64,000 nucleotides of DNA from a virus: the IMG/VR virus record IMGVR_UViG_3300042569_001787, positions 1-64,000 of that record. The stretch is one strand, 5' to 3'. Below are positions 47,375-58,092 of the stretch, piece after piece. The notes below the pieces were generated by a model. That model did no database searches and was not told the DNA's origin. It saw only the letters and a list, made by a program, of their open reading frames with translations. A program made the position numbers and the translations under genes. Within the stretch, counting starts at the first letter, position 1; the number at the start of each line of letters is the position of its first letter.

Positions 47375-48700
47375 ATGGGCGATTTAAAAAGTATATTAAC
47401 TAGTTTTCAGGTGCAAGAGGAATTAAACCCTAAAATTTGGGATGATTCTTTAAAAAAAATGTCACCTAAAGTTAGGTCACGTCTACTTCAGATTGCTTAT
47501 GAGTTTATAGAGTTTTTAAAAGTAGATATTGTTGTATCAGATGTTATAATGATTGGGTCTCTTGTTAACTATAATTGGTCAAAATATTCAGATATAGATT
47601 TACATATTGTTGTAAATTTTAATCAATTTTCTGAAAACACCAAAGATTTGTATTTAGAATTTTTTGATTTGAAAAAAATTATTTTTAACCAAAAACATAA
47701 TATAAATATGTTTGGGTATGATGTTGAGTGTTTTGTTCAAGATGAAAACACAGAAGCATTTAGTAGTGGGGTATACTCGGTTTTATTTGATAAATGGGAA
47801 AACAAACCTAAAAAAGAAAATATTAAAATTGACCTTGAATTGATTAAAAACAAATCAAAAAAATGGATGAGAATTATTGATGGGGTTATTGAAAATGTTA
47901 AAGATGAGTCTATTGACGAGGCTAAACAAATAATTGACAAATACAAGAAAAAACTTAAAAAGTATAGAACTTGTGGGTTAGAAGAGGGTGGTGAATATTC
48001 GGATGAAAATTTAGTTTTCAAAGTCCTAAGAAGAAATGGGTATATTGAAAAGTTATATCAATATAAAGATAATTATATTGATAAAAAATTATCCCTGAAG
48101 GAATCATCCACCAATATCGGAGGTAATTTTAAAACTGATTTAGAAAACGGGCCAAAAAATCACGGTAGTAGAAAATTAGGTAATTGGCAATCAGATAACG
48201 CTTGGGATATTTTCGCACCTCCCAATACAGTTGTTAATTCATATACTAACGGTACTGTTACTAAAATTAGAGATACTGGAAAAAATTCTGGAAAAATTTT
48301 TGGAACACAAGTATCAATTAAAGGTGATGAGGGATTTCCCAATATTTTCTACACTCACGTTAAAAATGTAAAACTAAAAATTGGTGATACTATTAAAGTT
48401 GGTGATTACATTGGGGTTATTTCTGAATGGATTGGTCATGACACAATGACTCATGTACACATAGGTTTACCTTATGGTGAACATATAAGAAGTTTATTAA
48501 AAAATTCTGGAAAAATTTTTACTAATAAAACAAGTACTGACTATAATGTTGATAGTAATAACGATAAAAAAAATTCCGAGAATCCTGTCATTACCAAAGG
48601 TAGTGAAGAAAATACGGTTATTACCAAAGATATTAAAGGAAAGGATGAAGAAGTTAATAGTTGGTTAGCCCCATTATTGGCGGCATTAGGATTTAAATAA
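47375..48700 (+). CDS. Pol-beta-type nucleotidyltransferase fused to M23 peptidase
   Basis: GS...SDIDLH NTase; H...D, YTH, GD.IKVGD.IG, HVH M23. Confidence 0.8.
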   Translation: MGDLKSILTSFQVQEELNPKIWDDSLKKMSPKVRSRLLQIAYEFIEFLKVDIVVSDVIMIGSLVNYNWSKYSDIDLHIVVNFNQFSENTKDLYLEFFDLKKIIFNQKHNINMFGYDVECFVQDENTEAFSSGVYSVLFDKWENKPKKENIKIDLELIKNKSKKWMRIIDGVIENVKDESIDEAKQIIDKYKKKLKKYRTCGLEEGGEYSDENLVFKVLRRNGYIEKLYQYKDNYIDKKLSLKESSTNIGGNFKTDLENGPKNHGSRKLGNWQSDNAWDIFAPPNTVVNSYTNGTVTKIRDTGKNSGKIFGTQVSIKGDEGFPNIFYTHVKNVKLKIGDTIKVGDYIGVISEWIGHDTMTHVHIGLPYGEHIRSLLKNSGKIFTNKTSTDYNVDSNNDKKNSENPVITKGSEENTVITKDIKGKDEEVNSWLAPLLAALGFK

Positions 48701-48782
48701 ATGACTGAATTATGTTAGAACGATAACATTTTTGATTCTGAATATATTTATAATATAAATTAATTTTAAAAAAAACAAAATA

Positions 48783-50090
48783 ATGGGAAACTTAAAACCA
48801 ATCGGAAGTGAAAAATTACAAGGTATGGACAAAATCAACCGTATCATTGAGATTTCTAGATATAATGAAAATATGCCGATAGCTGTAAATGAAGATAAAT
48901 CAATCGAGTATATAAAGACTTTATCTGACGGAAACAATTATCAAATTGTTAAAGAAAAAAACGGATATGTGATTAAAAAAACACTAGCCGAATCTGCGGG
49001 TAAAAATGATTACTTAGAACCAATGAAAAATAGAAAATACTATTCTTCTTATTCACAAGCATTCAAACGCCTTAACTTAATTGCTAAAGAAGTTAATGTT
49101 AACGAAGGGTATGAATCAAATGTTTCATTATTTGGTGAGAGTGATGTAGATGAAAAAGCGGCAACAAAATACATTTTAAAAATGGGGGAAACTAAGGAAC
49201 AAACAGCTCCTGCTCCTGCACCTGCTCCCGCACCTGCACCTGCTCCCGCACCTGCTCCCGCACCTGCTCCCGCACCGACAGATGACTTAGGTATGGAGGA
49301 CAATTTAGGTATGGAAGAACCTGAAGGTGAAGAAATGGAACAACCTGAAGAGGATGAAGTTATAACATTAAAAGTTATTCAAAAATTGACAGGTAAATTA
49401 GCTCAGAAATTAAGAGCGTTCCAAGACTCTCAAGAAGATGAAGAACCAATGACCTCTAAAGACATTAAATATGTTGTTAATTCTATATTATCGGCATTAA
49501 ATTTAGAATCTTTAGACGAAGAAGATAAAGAAGATATCTTAAATAAACTTGAAGGTGCTGAAGATGACGAAGAATTTGGTGGTGAAGAAATGGATATGGA
49601 AGAACCTGACGGTGAAGAAATAGGTATTGAAGAGCCTACCGGTGAAATGTCTGAAAGTGATTTTGATATGGACGACCAAGAATTTGATGATAATTTATAT
49701 GGTGAAGGTGGATATGAAGAAGAAGGTGGATATGAAGAAGTTGGTGAAGGACATAACCATTACTCAAAAATTAAAGGTGTTAATCCAAAACATGGTAAAC
49801 ACATGGAAGATGTTATTGAAGGACTTTTTACCGAATCTAAAATTGATAATATATTAAAAAAATACTTTAAAATTGAGGAAAACGAAAAGAATTTAATTAA
49901 AGAAAATAAATTAAAAACTATTAGTAAAATTAAAACTGTTTCTGAAAGTATTTCTCAAGAAGTTGCATCAACTAAGTTAGTGTCTAAATATCCTAACGCA
50001 AAACTTGTTGGAAAAACAAACCACAAAAATTTAGTGTTTGAAATGAACAATAAACAATTTCGAGTTACTGTTAAAGGTCAGATACTATAA
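48783..50090 (+). CDS. acidic virion/head-assembly hypothetical protein with PA repeat
   Basis: 435 aa; (PA)n at ~49205-49277. Confidence 0.75.
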   Translation: MGNLKPIGSEKLQGMDKINRIIEISRYNENMPIAVNEDKSIEYIKTLSDGNNYQIVKEKNGYVIKKTLAESAGKNDYLEPMKNRKYYSSYSQAFKRLNLIAKEVNVNEGYESNVSLFGESDVDEKAATKYILKMGETKEQTAPAPAPAPAPAPAPAPAPAPAPAPTDDLGMEDNLGMEEPEGEEMEQPEEDEVITLKVIQKLTGKLAQKLRAFQDSQEDEEPMTSKDIKYVVNSILSALNLESLDEEDKEDILNKLEGAEDDEEFGGEEMDMEEPDGEEIGIEEPTGEMSESDFDMDDQEFDDNLYGEGGYEEEGGYEEVGEGHNHYSKIKGVNPKHGKHMEDVIEGLFTESKIDNILKKYFKIEENEKNLIKENKLKTISKIKTVSESISQEVASTKLVSKYPNAKLVGKTNHKNLVFEMNNKQFRVTVKGQIL

Positions 50091-50500
50091 TGATTTATTT
50101 AATATATGTTAATGAATTAGGTCCTAATTATAAGGGTGATAACATATATGAATTTATATTTTCTGATAATTTAGAAAATATATGGGGGGAAAACTGGGAA
50201 TCAAAACCGTCTAACGGTTACCCACTACCACCTGATTTAGAATTCATACGAAAAGTAGGGACTCTAAAAAATGACCAAGTTACATTATCAGTAATCCAAA
50301 ATTCTGATAACTTCTCAATGTTGGATTCTATGGATGGTGTAATTGCTTTAGCTTGGGAGAATGAGAGTGACGAGGTTGATTTTGACCGTCAAAAAAGATT
50401 AGTGTTTAAATTCGGTGACGAAGAGGCCACAGTCAAAGATAAATTATATGAACGTGATATCGTTTTAGAATTTGAAAAAAAGGTTGTCTATGAAAACTAA
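50090..50500 (+). CDS. conserved hypothetical protein
   Basis: 136 aa, translationally coupled. Confidence 0.75.
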   Translation: MIYLIYVNELGPNYKGDNIYEFIFSDNLENIWGENWESKPSNGYPLPPDLEFIRKVGTLKNDQVTLSVIQNSDNFSMLDSMDGVIALAWENESDEVDFDRQKRLVFKFGDEEATVKDKLYERDIVLEFEKKVVYEN

Positions 50501-51419
50501 CCAAAAACAATTAAGATTAATACAACACGGGTTGAAAGCGTCCACTGTCACTAGATTAAGTGAATCACAAGTGGATATTTTGTTTAACAGACTTAATGAG
50601 TCTAAAAAAGAAAATAAAGAACAAGTTACTAAAACTACTGAACCTGCTAAAGAAATTGTTACTATAGGGGCTCAAGGAGGCGATTTACCAAATAACCCAA
50701 CAGGGAAGGGATATAAAGTTGAAAAGAAACCTGATGGTACTATGAAAGCAACTCCCATGGAGACTGAGATGACAGAAGACACTGATTCTGAGATGAATTG
50801 GTTAATGAAAGGTGATACTCAAGACCCAGTTCAAAAAGGACCTACAGGTGACGGTGACCCTGATTCATTACAAGAATATAAAACTCTTGCGGAAAAATTT
50901 GAGTCTAAAAAACAACAAAAATATTTCTTTTCTAAATGTGGTGATGGTAAAACAAAAGAACAAAAGAAATGGTGTAAAATGGCAGAAGAATTCGCTGACA
51001 AAACAAACTTTAAAAAGTTACCTGAAAAGAAAAAAACAGAAACAAAAGAAAGTGGTTTAAATAATTTAGTTAATAAAGTTTCTGCGGCATATGCGGGTGG
51101 TGTAAAAAATAAGTTGAATTCCATGTCTCCAAGCGTTACCTTTGGTGAAAATGAAATAGAAAAAAAAATTATGAAACTAGTTGAAAAACATATTACACCA
51201 AAAATGACTAAAAGGGAATTCCTTAATTTAGTTAAAGAACAAGGCCCTAAAACGGCTCCATCAACACCAGGGGTTAGACCTGATGTTGATACCCCAACAA
51301 GACCATCAAAACCTGGAACACCATACCTACCTAAACCAGGCGTTAAACCTGCACCTAAAGCCAAACAAAAGGTACCAAGTTGGTTGTCATTTAAATCATT
51401 AGGAATTAAATTAAAGTAA
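50490..51419 (+). CDS. hypothetical virion-associated protein
   Basis: LNES, LVKEQ tags; Pro-rich C-terminus; start revised to ATG 50490. Confidence 0.7.
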   Translation: MKTNQKQLRLIQHGLKASTVTRLSESQVDILFNRLNESKKENKEQVTKTTEPAKEIVTIGAQGGDLPNNPTGKGYKVEKKPDGTMKATPMETEMTEDTDSEMNWLMKGDTQDPVQKGPTGDGDPDSLQEYKTLAEKFESKKQQKYFFSKCGDGKTKEQKKWCKMAEEFADKTNFKKLPEKKKTETKESGLNNLVNKVSAAYAGGVKNKLNSMSPSVTFGENEIEKKIMKLVEKHITPKMTKREFLNLVKEQGPKTAPSTPGVRPDVDTPTRPSKPGTPYLPKPGVKPAPKAKQKVPSWLSFKSLGIKLK

Positions 51420-51423
51420 GAAA

Positions 51424-52740
51424 ATGAGTCTAAATCCAAATACAGAAAAAAACCTAAAAGTTAAAAAATTTTTAGAAAAAAAATTAGTTAGTGAAGGGTT
51501 AACTAATAATGAACGTAGTCTTTTAAGTGAGTTAAAAAATAACTTAAAAGAAGCACCTATTGATTATGAAGGGCCTGAAAGAATGGAACCTAATATTGAA
51601 AGAAAAATTACGTCAAAAGAGACGCCTTACAATAACTTTCCTGCAATCCCTAAAATGGATAAGGATTATATTGAATTAATATCATCAAAAAGATTTAAAG
51701 ATTCTGTAGATAAAGTTAGAAGAGCCATGGGTGACACCAGAGTAATCCAAGGGGGTAATCCATTAAATAATTTAATGATGACCGCGATGCAATCGTTACA
51801 AACAGTTGTATCAATTCAAATGGAAAACAAAGAAGTTTTAGAACAACTTGCCGTTGATTTAGTTATTAAAGAGATGGGTATTCCTGAAGGAGCAATGCAG
51901 TTTGACGCTAAATTAGTTATGAGACCTATGGGTGCGGCAGAAGGAATGAAAGAAGAACCTGAAATGCCTAGCGAAGAAGAAATCGAAGAGTTTATGGGTG
52001 ACGCCGAAACATTTGATTTAGAAAGAGCTAAAAGAAGATTTATTAACTCACTTATTCAAGGTGCGGCGTTTAAAGGCGGTCACATGTTTAATTTAGTTTC
52101 AAGAGAACTTAATGATATTGACTCTAGATTAATGAATTTATATACCGTGTCACAATCTTTAATGGAACACGCATATTGGTTATTCCCTGATATGGAAGGA
52201 ATGGCTGGTGGCGGTGGTGGTCAAATGGGACAATCAGAAGTTGATACCGAAACTGACCCACCAACAGTTAAAGCAAGAGCAATGACATTCCCGCTTTTAA
52301 TTCATGAATTAGTTAAAGGTATTTACGAAATATTTGGTACTCACGGTTTACCTGATGACCCAAAACAACAAGAAATGATTATGAGTGCTGAAGATACTTT
52401 ACCGGCAGAAATTTGGGATTCTCGATTAGGTCCAATTTTTTGGGAAAAATTCTTACAAGCTTATCCAATCGAATTGTTTGATGAAGATATGAAACACATC
52501 CAACATTACTTATTTATGAGATTTTCTAAATTAAATGCTGAAGAATTTTTTAGAGTCGCTAAACTTATACTTTCAGGTGACCCACAAGGAACTCAATTTA
52601 TTCAGAGGATGGTTAATGAAATTGTTACTGAATTGAAAGAATATGACGCGGAAGAAGCGTTGAGTGGCGGTGACGATGAAGATGACGATGAAGGATTTGA
52701 TGATTTCTTAAATGGACTAGGATTATCGAGACCAAAATAA
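51424..52740 (+). CDS. conserved hypothetical protein upstream of terminase
   Basis: 438 aa; LIHELVKG. Confidence 0.75.
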   Translation: MSLNPNTEKNLKVKKFLEKKLVSEGLTNNERSLLSELKNNLKEAPIDYEGPERMEPNIERKITSKETPYNNFPAIPKMDKDYIELISSKRFKDSVDKVRRAMGDTRVIQGGNPLNNLMMTAMQSLQTVVSIQMENKEVLEQLAVDLVIKEMGIPEGAMQFDAKLVMRPMGAAEGMKEEPEMPSEEEIEEFMGDAETFDLERAKRRFINSLIQGAAFKGGHMFNLVSRELNDIDSRLMNLYTVSQSLMEHAYWLFPDMEGMAGGGGGQMGQSEVDTETDPPTVKARAMTFPLLIHELVKGIYEIFGTHGLPDDPKQQEMIMSAEDTLPAEIWDSRLGPIFWEKFLQAYPIELFDEDMKHIQHYLFMRFSKLNAEEFFRVAKLILSGDPQGTQFIQRMVNEIVTELKEYDAEEALSGGDDEDDDEGFDDFLNGLGLSRPK

Positions 52741-52746
52741 TGAAAC

Positions 52747-54516
52747 ATGTTAAATTTATCCAAAGAACAGGTACTAATCGAGTACGTAAAATGTCATAAG
52801 GATGTAAAATACGCGTTAAGAACTTATCTACAAACCTACGACAATACAGTTTCTAAATACGTACCATTAGAATTATTTCCTGACCAAGCATCATTACTTG
52901 AAGATTACGAGAATTATAACGAAAACATCGCCCTAAAATATCGACAAGCGGGAGTATCTACAGTTACCGCCGCTTGGGCTTCGATGAAACTTTCTTTTGC
53001 TAAAAAAAATAAACCCGAAAAAGTTCTTATAATTGCTAATAAACTTGATACGTCATTAGAAATGGCGAACAAGATTAGAGCCTTTGTTGGTCAATGGCCA
53101 AGTTGGGTTGGGGTTGACTTTGCAGTTGAAAAAAACTCACAAAAACATTATAAATTAAATAACGGTAGTGAGGTTAAAGCCGTTGCAACATCTAAAGATG
53201 CCTTACGTGGATTTACTCCTACAATACTTGTATTTGATGAGGCGGCGTTTATCGAGGCCGACAGTGATTTTTGGGCGGCTTGTATGGCGTCCCTATCTAC
53301 AGGAGGTAAAGTAATTGTAGTCTCAACGCCAAATGGTTATGACCGAATTTATTATGAAATATACGACCAAGCATTAAGAAACATGAATGACTTTAGGATT
53401 ACTGAAATGTATTGGTTTCGTGACCCTCGTTATACAAAAGATTTATATTTAGTTAAAACCGAGGATATGATTCACTATCTTTTAAATAAAGAAGAGTACA
53501 GTGAAAAAGATATACTTAGTTGGTCACATATACCAGCATCCGAAAGAGATTATAGTGAACTAAAAAAATTAATGGACCAAGGTTATAAACCTTGTTCTTC
53601 TTGGTTTGAGGCGATGGTTAAGAAATTAAAATATGATAAACGTAAAGTATCTCAGGAGTTGGAATGTAACTTCTTAGGTTCAGGTGATAACGTATTTGAT
53701 TCTAAAATGTTACAAACTATTAGAGAAAATTCTATTACAGAACCCAAGAATAAAATGATGGGTAATGCTTTATGGATTTGGAAAGAACCTGTTGTTGGTC
53801 ATAAATACATTATGGGGGTTGACGTATCTCGTGGGGATAGTGAAGATTTTAGCTCCTTTCAAATTATTGATTTTGATGAGAGAGAACAGGTTGCGGAATA
53901 TGTTGGTAAATTACCACCAGATACTATGGCGGAAATTTGTTATAAATGGGCCAACATGTATTCATGTTTTATTGTAATTGATATTACAGGTGGGATGGGT
54001 GTTTCCACATCAAGAAAATTACAGGAAATGGGTTACAAAGACTTATATGTTGATGGTGTCGATACGGCTAATAAGTGGAAATACGATGCCAAGGCACATG
54101 AAAAAATACCAGGGATTAACTTTAACAATAAAAGGGTTCAAATTATCGCGTCATTTGAAGAGGGGGTGAGACATGGATTTAAAATTTATAGTTCAAGACT
54201 TTTTAATGAAATGAATACGTTCATCTACATTAATGGCCGTCCTGACCACCAAAAAGGACATCATGACGATTTAATTATGTCGGTGGCTATGGCAACTTAC
54301 GTTGCCGAGTCTTCATTTAGTAATTTGACTAAGGTTGTTGAGCACACTAAAGCGATGATTGAGGCTTGGGCGGTTAATAATAATGACCAAACATCAAAAA
54401 AATTAGAATTTAATCCTGTTATACCGCACATGTCTGAAAGAATTAATCAGTATAACAGTCAGAACATGTCTAGAGAAGATTATCAAAAGTATGGTTGGTT
54501 ATTTGGCGTTAGATAA
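52747..54516 (+). CDS. terminase large subunit (T4 gp17-like)
   Basis: KYRQAGVST, LVFDEAAFI, STPNG, MGVDVSRG, HDDLIMS. Confidence 0.95.
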   Translation: MLNLSKEQVLIEYVKCHKDVKYALRTYLQTYDNTVSKYVPLELFPDQASLLEDYENYNENIALKYRQAGVSTVTAAWASMKLSFAKKNKPEKVLIIANKLDTSLEMANKIRAFVGQWPSWVGVDFAVEKNSQKHYKLNNGSEVKAVATSKDALRGFTPTILVFDEAAFIEADSDFWAACMASLSTGGKVIVVSTPNGYDRIYYEIYDQALRNMNDFRITEMYWFRDPRYTKDLYLVKTEDMIHYLLNKEEYSEKDILSWSHIPASERDYSELKKLMDQGYKPCSSWFEAMVKKLKYDKRKVSQELECNFLGSGDNVFDSKMLQTIRENSITEPKNKMMGNALWIWKEPVVGHKYIMGVDVSRGDSEDFSSFQIIDFDEREQVAEYVGKLPPDTMAEICYKWANMYSCFIVIDITGGMGVSTSRKLQEMGYKDLYVDGVDTANKWKYDAKAHEKIPGINFNNKRVQIIASFEEGVRHGFKIYSSRLFNEMNTFIYINGRPDHQKGHHDDLIMSVAMATYVAESSFSNLTKVVEHTKAMIEAWAVNNNDQTSKKLEFNPVIPHMSERINQYNSQNMSREDYQKYGWLFGVR

Positions 54517-54537
54517 TATTTATTAATAAAACATCAC

Positions 54538-54693
54538 ATGGGATTAACTTCTAGAAAAAAATCGGGGAATAAGATTAATGGTAGTAAATTAAACGTGCCT
54601 GGTCAGGGTATTAGTAATGTTAAACCTGGTGGTGATAATAAAATAAACCAACAAAAAGGTGACCCTAACAGAAAAAAAGGTAATCAAAATTAA
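54538..54693 (+). CDS. 51-aa basic protein (not in ORF track)
   Basis: MGLTSRKKSGNKINGSKLNVPGQGISNVKPGG...; TATTTAT upstream. Confidence 0.55.
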   Translation: MGLTSRKKSGNKINGSKLNVPGQGISNVKPGGDNKINQQKGDPNRKKGNQN

Positions 54694-54730
54694 CTATTTA
54701 ATTATAGATAATTAGAATTAAATTTATTAT

Positions 54731-56554
54731 ATGGAAAATAATCAAAATAATCAATTTACAGTTTGGCAGAGGTTATCCCAAGCTTTTGGGCCTAACGCCC
54801 TGTTAAATCAAGATTATCCAACATATAATTTAGACAAGACTGAGTTATTAAAAACATCATCAAAACAGGAATACGAAAGAGAAAAACTACAAGCTCAACA
54901 AACGTTTTACTTAGCCAATCAATGGACAAAAATTGAGAGTAACTTATATACTCAAGCGGTTTATTATGAACCAACAAGATTAGCATCATTCTATGATTAC
55001 GAATCTATGGAATATACTCCCGAAATTTCGGCGGCTTTAGATATCTACGGTGAAGAATCAACAACTGTTGACCAAAATGGATACATGTTACAAATTTATT
55101 CAGAATCTAAACGTATTAAATCAATCTTAATTGATTTATTTAATAATGTTTTAGACATCAATACTAATTTACCAATGTGGACAAGAAATACCGCAAAATA
55201 CGGTGATAATTTCGTTTATCTAAAATTAGACGCCGAGAAAGGTATTGTTGGTTGTATGCAATTACCAAATATTGAGATTGAACGACTTGAAAGAGGTATG
55301 GCGGCAAAATCTGCAAACGTTGAGGAACCCGTAGAAAACAAAGGTTTAAGATTTAAGTGGAAAGCTAAAGACATGGAATTTAATTCATGGGAAATTGCTC
55401 ACTTTAGATTATTAGGTGATGATAGAAAATTACCTTATGGTACTTCTATGTTAGAAAAAGCAAGACGTATTTGGAAACAATTATTATTGTCGGAAGACGC
55501 AATGTTAATCTATCGAACTTCAAGAGCACCTGAAAGACGTGTATTTAAAGTTTTTGTTGGTAACATGGACGATAAAGATGTTGAGTCATATGTACAACGT
55601 GTTGCAAACAAATTTAAACGTAGTCAGGTGGTTGATAGTCAATCAGGTAATGTTGATATGAGATTTAACCAAATGGCGGTTGACCAAGATTATTTTATTC
55701 CTGTTCGTGACCAAGCAGCGCCAAATCCAATTGATACTTTACCTGGAGCTCAGAACCTTTCTGAAATTGCTGATATTGAATACATCCAAAAGAAATTATT
55801 AACCGCACTTCGGGTACCTAAGGCGTTTTTAGGGTTTGAGGAAGTAGTTGGTGATGGTAAGAATTTATCATTACAAGACATCCGTTTTGCAAGAACAATT
55901 AATAGAATTCAAAAATCTATGATTGCAGAAATGAATAAAATCGCTATCATACATTTATTCTTATTAGGTTTTGAAGATGAATTATCAAACTTTACCTTAG
56001 GATTAACTAATCCATCAACACAAGCCGATTTATTAAAAATTGATGTTTGGAAAGAAAAAGTTTTATTATACAAAGATGCTGTAACGGCAATCGAGGGTAT
56101 TGCACCAGTGTCAGTGACTTGGGCTAAGAAACATGTACTAGGATTCTCGGATGAAGAAATTAAATTAGATTTGCAACAACAACGTGTTGAAAAAGCCGTT
56201 GGGGCAGAATTAACTAATACCGCAACTATTATCAACCATACAGGAGTATTTGATAATATTGACAAATTATATGGTGTTAAATCAGGCTCAACTCAAAATG
56301 TGGGGGCGACCCCACCACCTTTAGGAGGATTAGGAGGTCCTGAAGATACTGGCGGAGGAGCACCACCACCACCTCCAGGTCCTGAAATAGGTGGTGACGC
56401 GGGGATAACACCTGAGTCATTTAAACGTGATAATTTATCAATTTTATTAGAAAGTGATAACTTAACAGAGTCAGATTCATTTATTGATTTATCTAAAGCA
56501 AGAAATTCTTTAGGTGAAATAGAGAAAGAATTAAACAAAATTCTAAAAGATTGA
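54731..56554 (+). CDS. portal protein (T4 gp20-like)
   Basis: EDAMLIYRTSRAPERRVFKVFVGNM, DYFIPVR, IDTLPGAQNL, ALRVP. Confidence 0.95.
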   Translation: MENNQNNQFTVWQRLSQAFGPNALLNQDYPTYNLDKTELLKTSSKQEYEREKLQAQQTFYLANQWTKIESNLYTQAVYYEPTRLASFYDYESMEYTPEISAALDIYGEESTTVDQNGYMLQIYSESKRIKSILIDLFNNVLDINTNLPMWTRNTAKYGDNFVYLKLDAEKGIVGCMQLPNIEIERLERGMAAKSANVEEPVENKGLRFKWKAKDMEFNSWEIAHFRLLGDDRKLPYGTSMLEKARRIWKQLLLSEDAMLIYRTSRAPERRVFKVFVGNMDDKDVESYVQRVANKFKRSQVVDSQSGNVDMRFNQMAVDQDYFIPVRDQAAPNPIDTLPGAQNLSEIADIEYIQKKLLTALRVPKAFLGFEEVVGDGKNLSLQDIRFARTINRIQKSMIAEMNKIAIIHLFLLGFEDELSNFTLGLTNPSTQADLLKIDVWKEKVLLYKDAVTAIEGIAPVSVTWAKKHVLGFSDEEIKLDLQQQRVEKAVGAELTNTATIINHTGVFDNIDKLYGVKSGSTQNVGATPPPLGGLGGPEDTGGGAPPPPPGPEIGGDAGITPESFKRDNLSILLESDNLTESDSFIDLSKARNSLGEIEKELNKILKD

Positions 56555-56573
56555 TATTTATAAATAAAAAGAG

Positions 56574-57293
56574 ATGACAAATTTTGGAATAATTAAATCA
56601 AAGATTGAAGATGTGTTATTAGAGTCATATAAAAATGACACATTTAAAGAAGAATTCAAAAAATTTAAAAAGTTAGTTTTAGAAAATAAAAAGATACGCA
56701 AACTTTTTTATTTGTATGATGATTTATCTTCTAATAAAGGATTGGCAGAATCTATTGTTGACGATTATGTGAATGAATGTATTACCATTTATGAAAATAC
56801 CATTAATAAAATACAAGAGTCGGATATTACCCCACTAAAGTTATGGGTTAAAAATTCTAAAGTTGTTAATCAGTATAATAATATTGATAATTTATTCTCA
56901 AGAGATATTTTAACAATTGAATCAAGAATAACAAGTAAAAAACTTATTTCTGAAACTATTAAGAAATTACCTATCAAGAAAACAGACACCGTTCAAATTC
57001 CGTTAACCTCTATGGTAAACATTGCAAATAAAACAATCTCAAATTTTATTGAGTCATTGAGTGAGTCAGATAAAAAAGAATTAACAAAATTTTTATCTGA
57101 AGATGATGTTACTTTAAATCAAAAATTTGATAATGTTAAAGAAAGTGTTGTGAATAAATTAACTGAAATGAAAAATAATAATAAGGACAAGTCAACTCAA
57201 ATAAGAATTGATGAAACTCTTGATAAAGTAATATCAGAAAAATACGACAAGTTAACTTATTTCAAACTTAAAAGTTTGAATGAGAATCTTTAA
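56574..57293 (+). CDS. hypothetical head-module protein
   Basis: 239 aa between portal and rpsU. Confidence 0.75.
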   Translation: MTNFGIIKSKIEDVLLESYKNDTFKEEFKKFKKLVLENKKIRKLFYLYDDLSSNKGLAESIVDDYVNECITIYENTINKIQESDITPLKLWVKNSKVVNQYNNIDNLFSRDILTIESRITSKKLISETIKKLPIKKTDTVQIPLTSMVNIANKTISNFIESLSESDKKELTKFLSEDDVTLNQKFDNVKESVVNKLTEMKNNNKDKSTQIRIDETLDKVISEKYDKLTYFKLKSLNENL

Positions 57294-57484
57294 TCATTGT
57301 TTGATTTATATTTTTTTTGTACGTATTTTGCTTTTGAAATTTCATTTCTCCTTTTAACGGATTTTTTTTGGAATTCTTTTCTCTCGTTTAATTCTCTACT
57401 TTGTCTTGTCTTTATAACTTTACTTTTGTAAATTTTTAACGCTTTTTCAAGAGTTACATTCTTTCCTACTTTTACTATTAACAT
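57290..57484 (-). CDS. rpsU: ribosomal protein bS21
   Basis: MLIV...LEKALKIYKSKV.KT...EL..RKEF.KKSVKRR...KAKYVQ, Bacteroidota-type. Confidence 0.88.
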   Translation of the reverse strand: MLIVKVGKNVTLEKALKIYKSKVIKTRQSRELNERKEFQKKSVKRRNEISKAKYVQKKYKSNND

Positions 57485-57571
57485 ATTTTTTTGAGTTTAT
57501 ATTTATTTTGACTATTGCTGTAAATATACCTATTTTTCTAAAAACAATAAACTTAAAAATTATGAAATTTA

Positions 57572-58042
57572 ATGAAAAAGGGGAAAACCTCACATATTCA
57601 CGGATTCAACACCGCCAAAATAATATATGGAACAGTTGATTCGATGAATTTTAAGTCACTCTATCTTAACATCCAAACATGGGTGGAACCGACCACAGAG
57701 TGTCAAAATTGGTCACGGACAGTTCTTAATATGAACAGAGCCATAAAACATTCAATCTACGAATCCTTAGATAAAGAGTTATTTGATGATAAATTTATAG
57801 TGGATTTAGATTTAAGGTCCAGCGGACTAAATCAAGGTAAAAAATCTTTTATGAATTTAGAGATTAATTTCTTTTTGAATCATGAAGGGCATGACTTTAA
57901 ATCAAAAGAAATTAAAGAGTCTCTTAAAGATATTACTACTAGAATTTTTTACGAAAACTTTATAGGTAACAATTACTTTAACTTTTATCTAACTAAAAAA
58001 ATCAAAACAAACGATGAGATGCTACAATTAGAGAATGTTTAA
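57572..58042 (+). CDS. conserved hypothetical protein
   Basis: 156 aa, divergent from rpsU. Confidence 0.75.
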   Translation: MKKGKTSHIHGFNTAKIIYGTVDSMNFKSLYLNIQTWVEPTTECQNWSRTVLNMNRAIKHSIYESLDKELFDDKFIVDLDLRSSGLNQGKKSFMNLEINFFLNHEGHDFKSKEIKESLKDITTRIFYENFIGNNYFNFYLTKKIKTNDEMLQLENV

Positions 58043-58092
58043 TATTTATATAAAACCTTTGGTGGTTATAAATGAAAATTTGTGGTAAAAAA

